Notes under the pieces: generated by a model | What the model was told of the DNA's origin: nothing | Database searches by the model: none | What the model saw: the letters and a program-made list of their open reading frames with translations, nothing else | Position numbers and translations under genes: made by a program | Shown: piece after piece, positions 63,632 to 64,000 of the stretch | Numbering within the stretch: position 1 is the stretch's first letter | Layout: every line of letters starts with the position of its first letter | Source: Epiperipatus broadwayi | Lineage: Eukaryota; Animalia; Onychophora | Length of the DNA stretch: 64,000 nucleotides | Assembly (NCBI GenBank): GCA_028023455.1 | Contig: JAQFVV010000004.1 | Location: 18,104,001 to 18,168,000 of the forward strand | Reading direction: 5' to 3'

Positions 63632-63935
63632 ACAAAGCAAAACTCTCCATACAGTATTGCCACCCTGTGCCAACCAGAGTAATCAATAAATGCCAGAAGG
63701 CTTGTGCATAAAATCCCTATCTAATGCCTACTCATCCAATATCCCCAGACTAGTTTCTGGCTTGTGGCCATCATCAGTGAGGAGCTTTGGATCTGTGAGC
63801 ACTGCACCTAGATCTTAGGATCTAATGCAACCCTCCAGCACCCACCTTTTATCTCTACTTAACTACAAAACTATAAGAATGAAATTGAAAACACAAAAAT
63901 ATTTTCAATCTAAGCTCAATAACGTATATAGTCAT
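63632..63935 (-). mobile_element. Family A copy A7, abutting an oppositely oriented fragment of the family's 3' continuation (about 63936-63985)
   Basis: Full match to A3/A5 from TGACTATAT to GAGTTTTGC; 63936-63985 resembles 34785-34830 and 55035-55085. Confidence 0.9.
63734..63792 (-). ncRNA. Extended type I hammerhead ribozyme, family A, intact core
   Basis: ATCCAA AGC TCCTCA CTGATGA TGGC-CACAA-GCCA GAAA CTAG TC TGGGGA TA TTGGAT; GUC triplet, cut between 63748 and 63747. Confidence 0.9.
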
Positions 63936-64000
63936 TGTTTATAAACAATTATGTGCTAGTATAAGATAGTGATCATGTGAATTATATTGTATAAATTCTT

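Overview
Very AT-rich eukaryotic (animal-like, probably invertebrate) genomic DNA. It contains no intact protein-coding gene that I can recognise, no rRNA and no CRISPR array. Most of it is decayed transposable elements: two Buster-type hAT transposons, one clean hAT MITE with an 8-bp TSD, RTE, RTEX-like, L1/Tx1-like and I/Ingi-like LINE fragments, two Penelope-like (GIY-YIG) 3' fragments with inverted terminal duplications, and six copies of a ~90-nt tRNA-Gly-derived SINE (five with TSDs). The main signal is a set of hammerhead ribozyme (HHR) motifs from at least four unrelated sequence families. The largest (family A) is a non-coding element with an extended type I HHR that has a palindromic ACTAGT helix III. 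One insertion (33599-34171) starts about 6 nt before the self-cleavage site, runs 452 nt to the next cleavage site, continues ~115 nt further, and is flanked by a 15-bp direct repeat. This fits a retrozyme-like, possibly circular, RNA copied by retrotransposition, with the neighbouring Penelope-like elements as candidate helpers (inference). Host-gene traces are weak: a minus-strand TATA/Inr first exon near 24370 and a possible minus-strand terminal coding exon at 13893-13995. Coordinates were counted by eye; ends of degraded elements are approximate.
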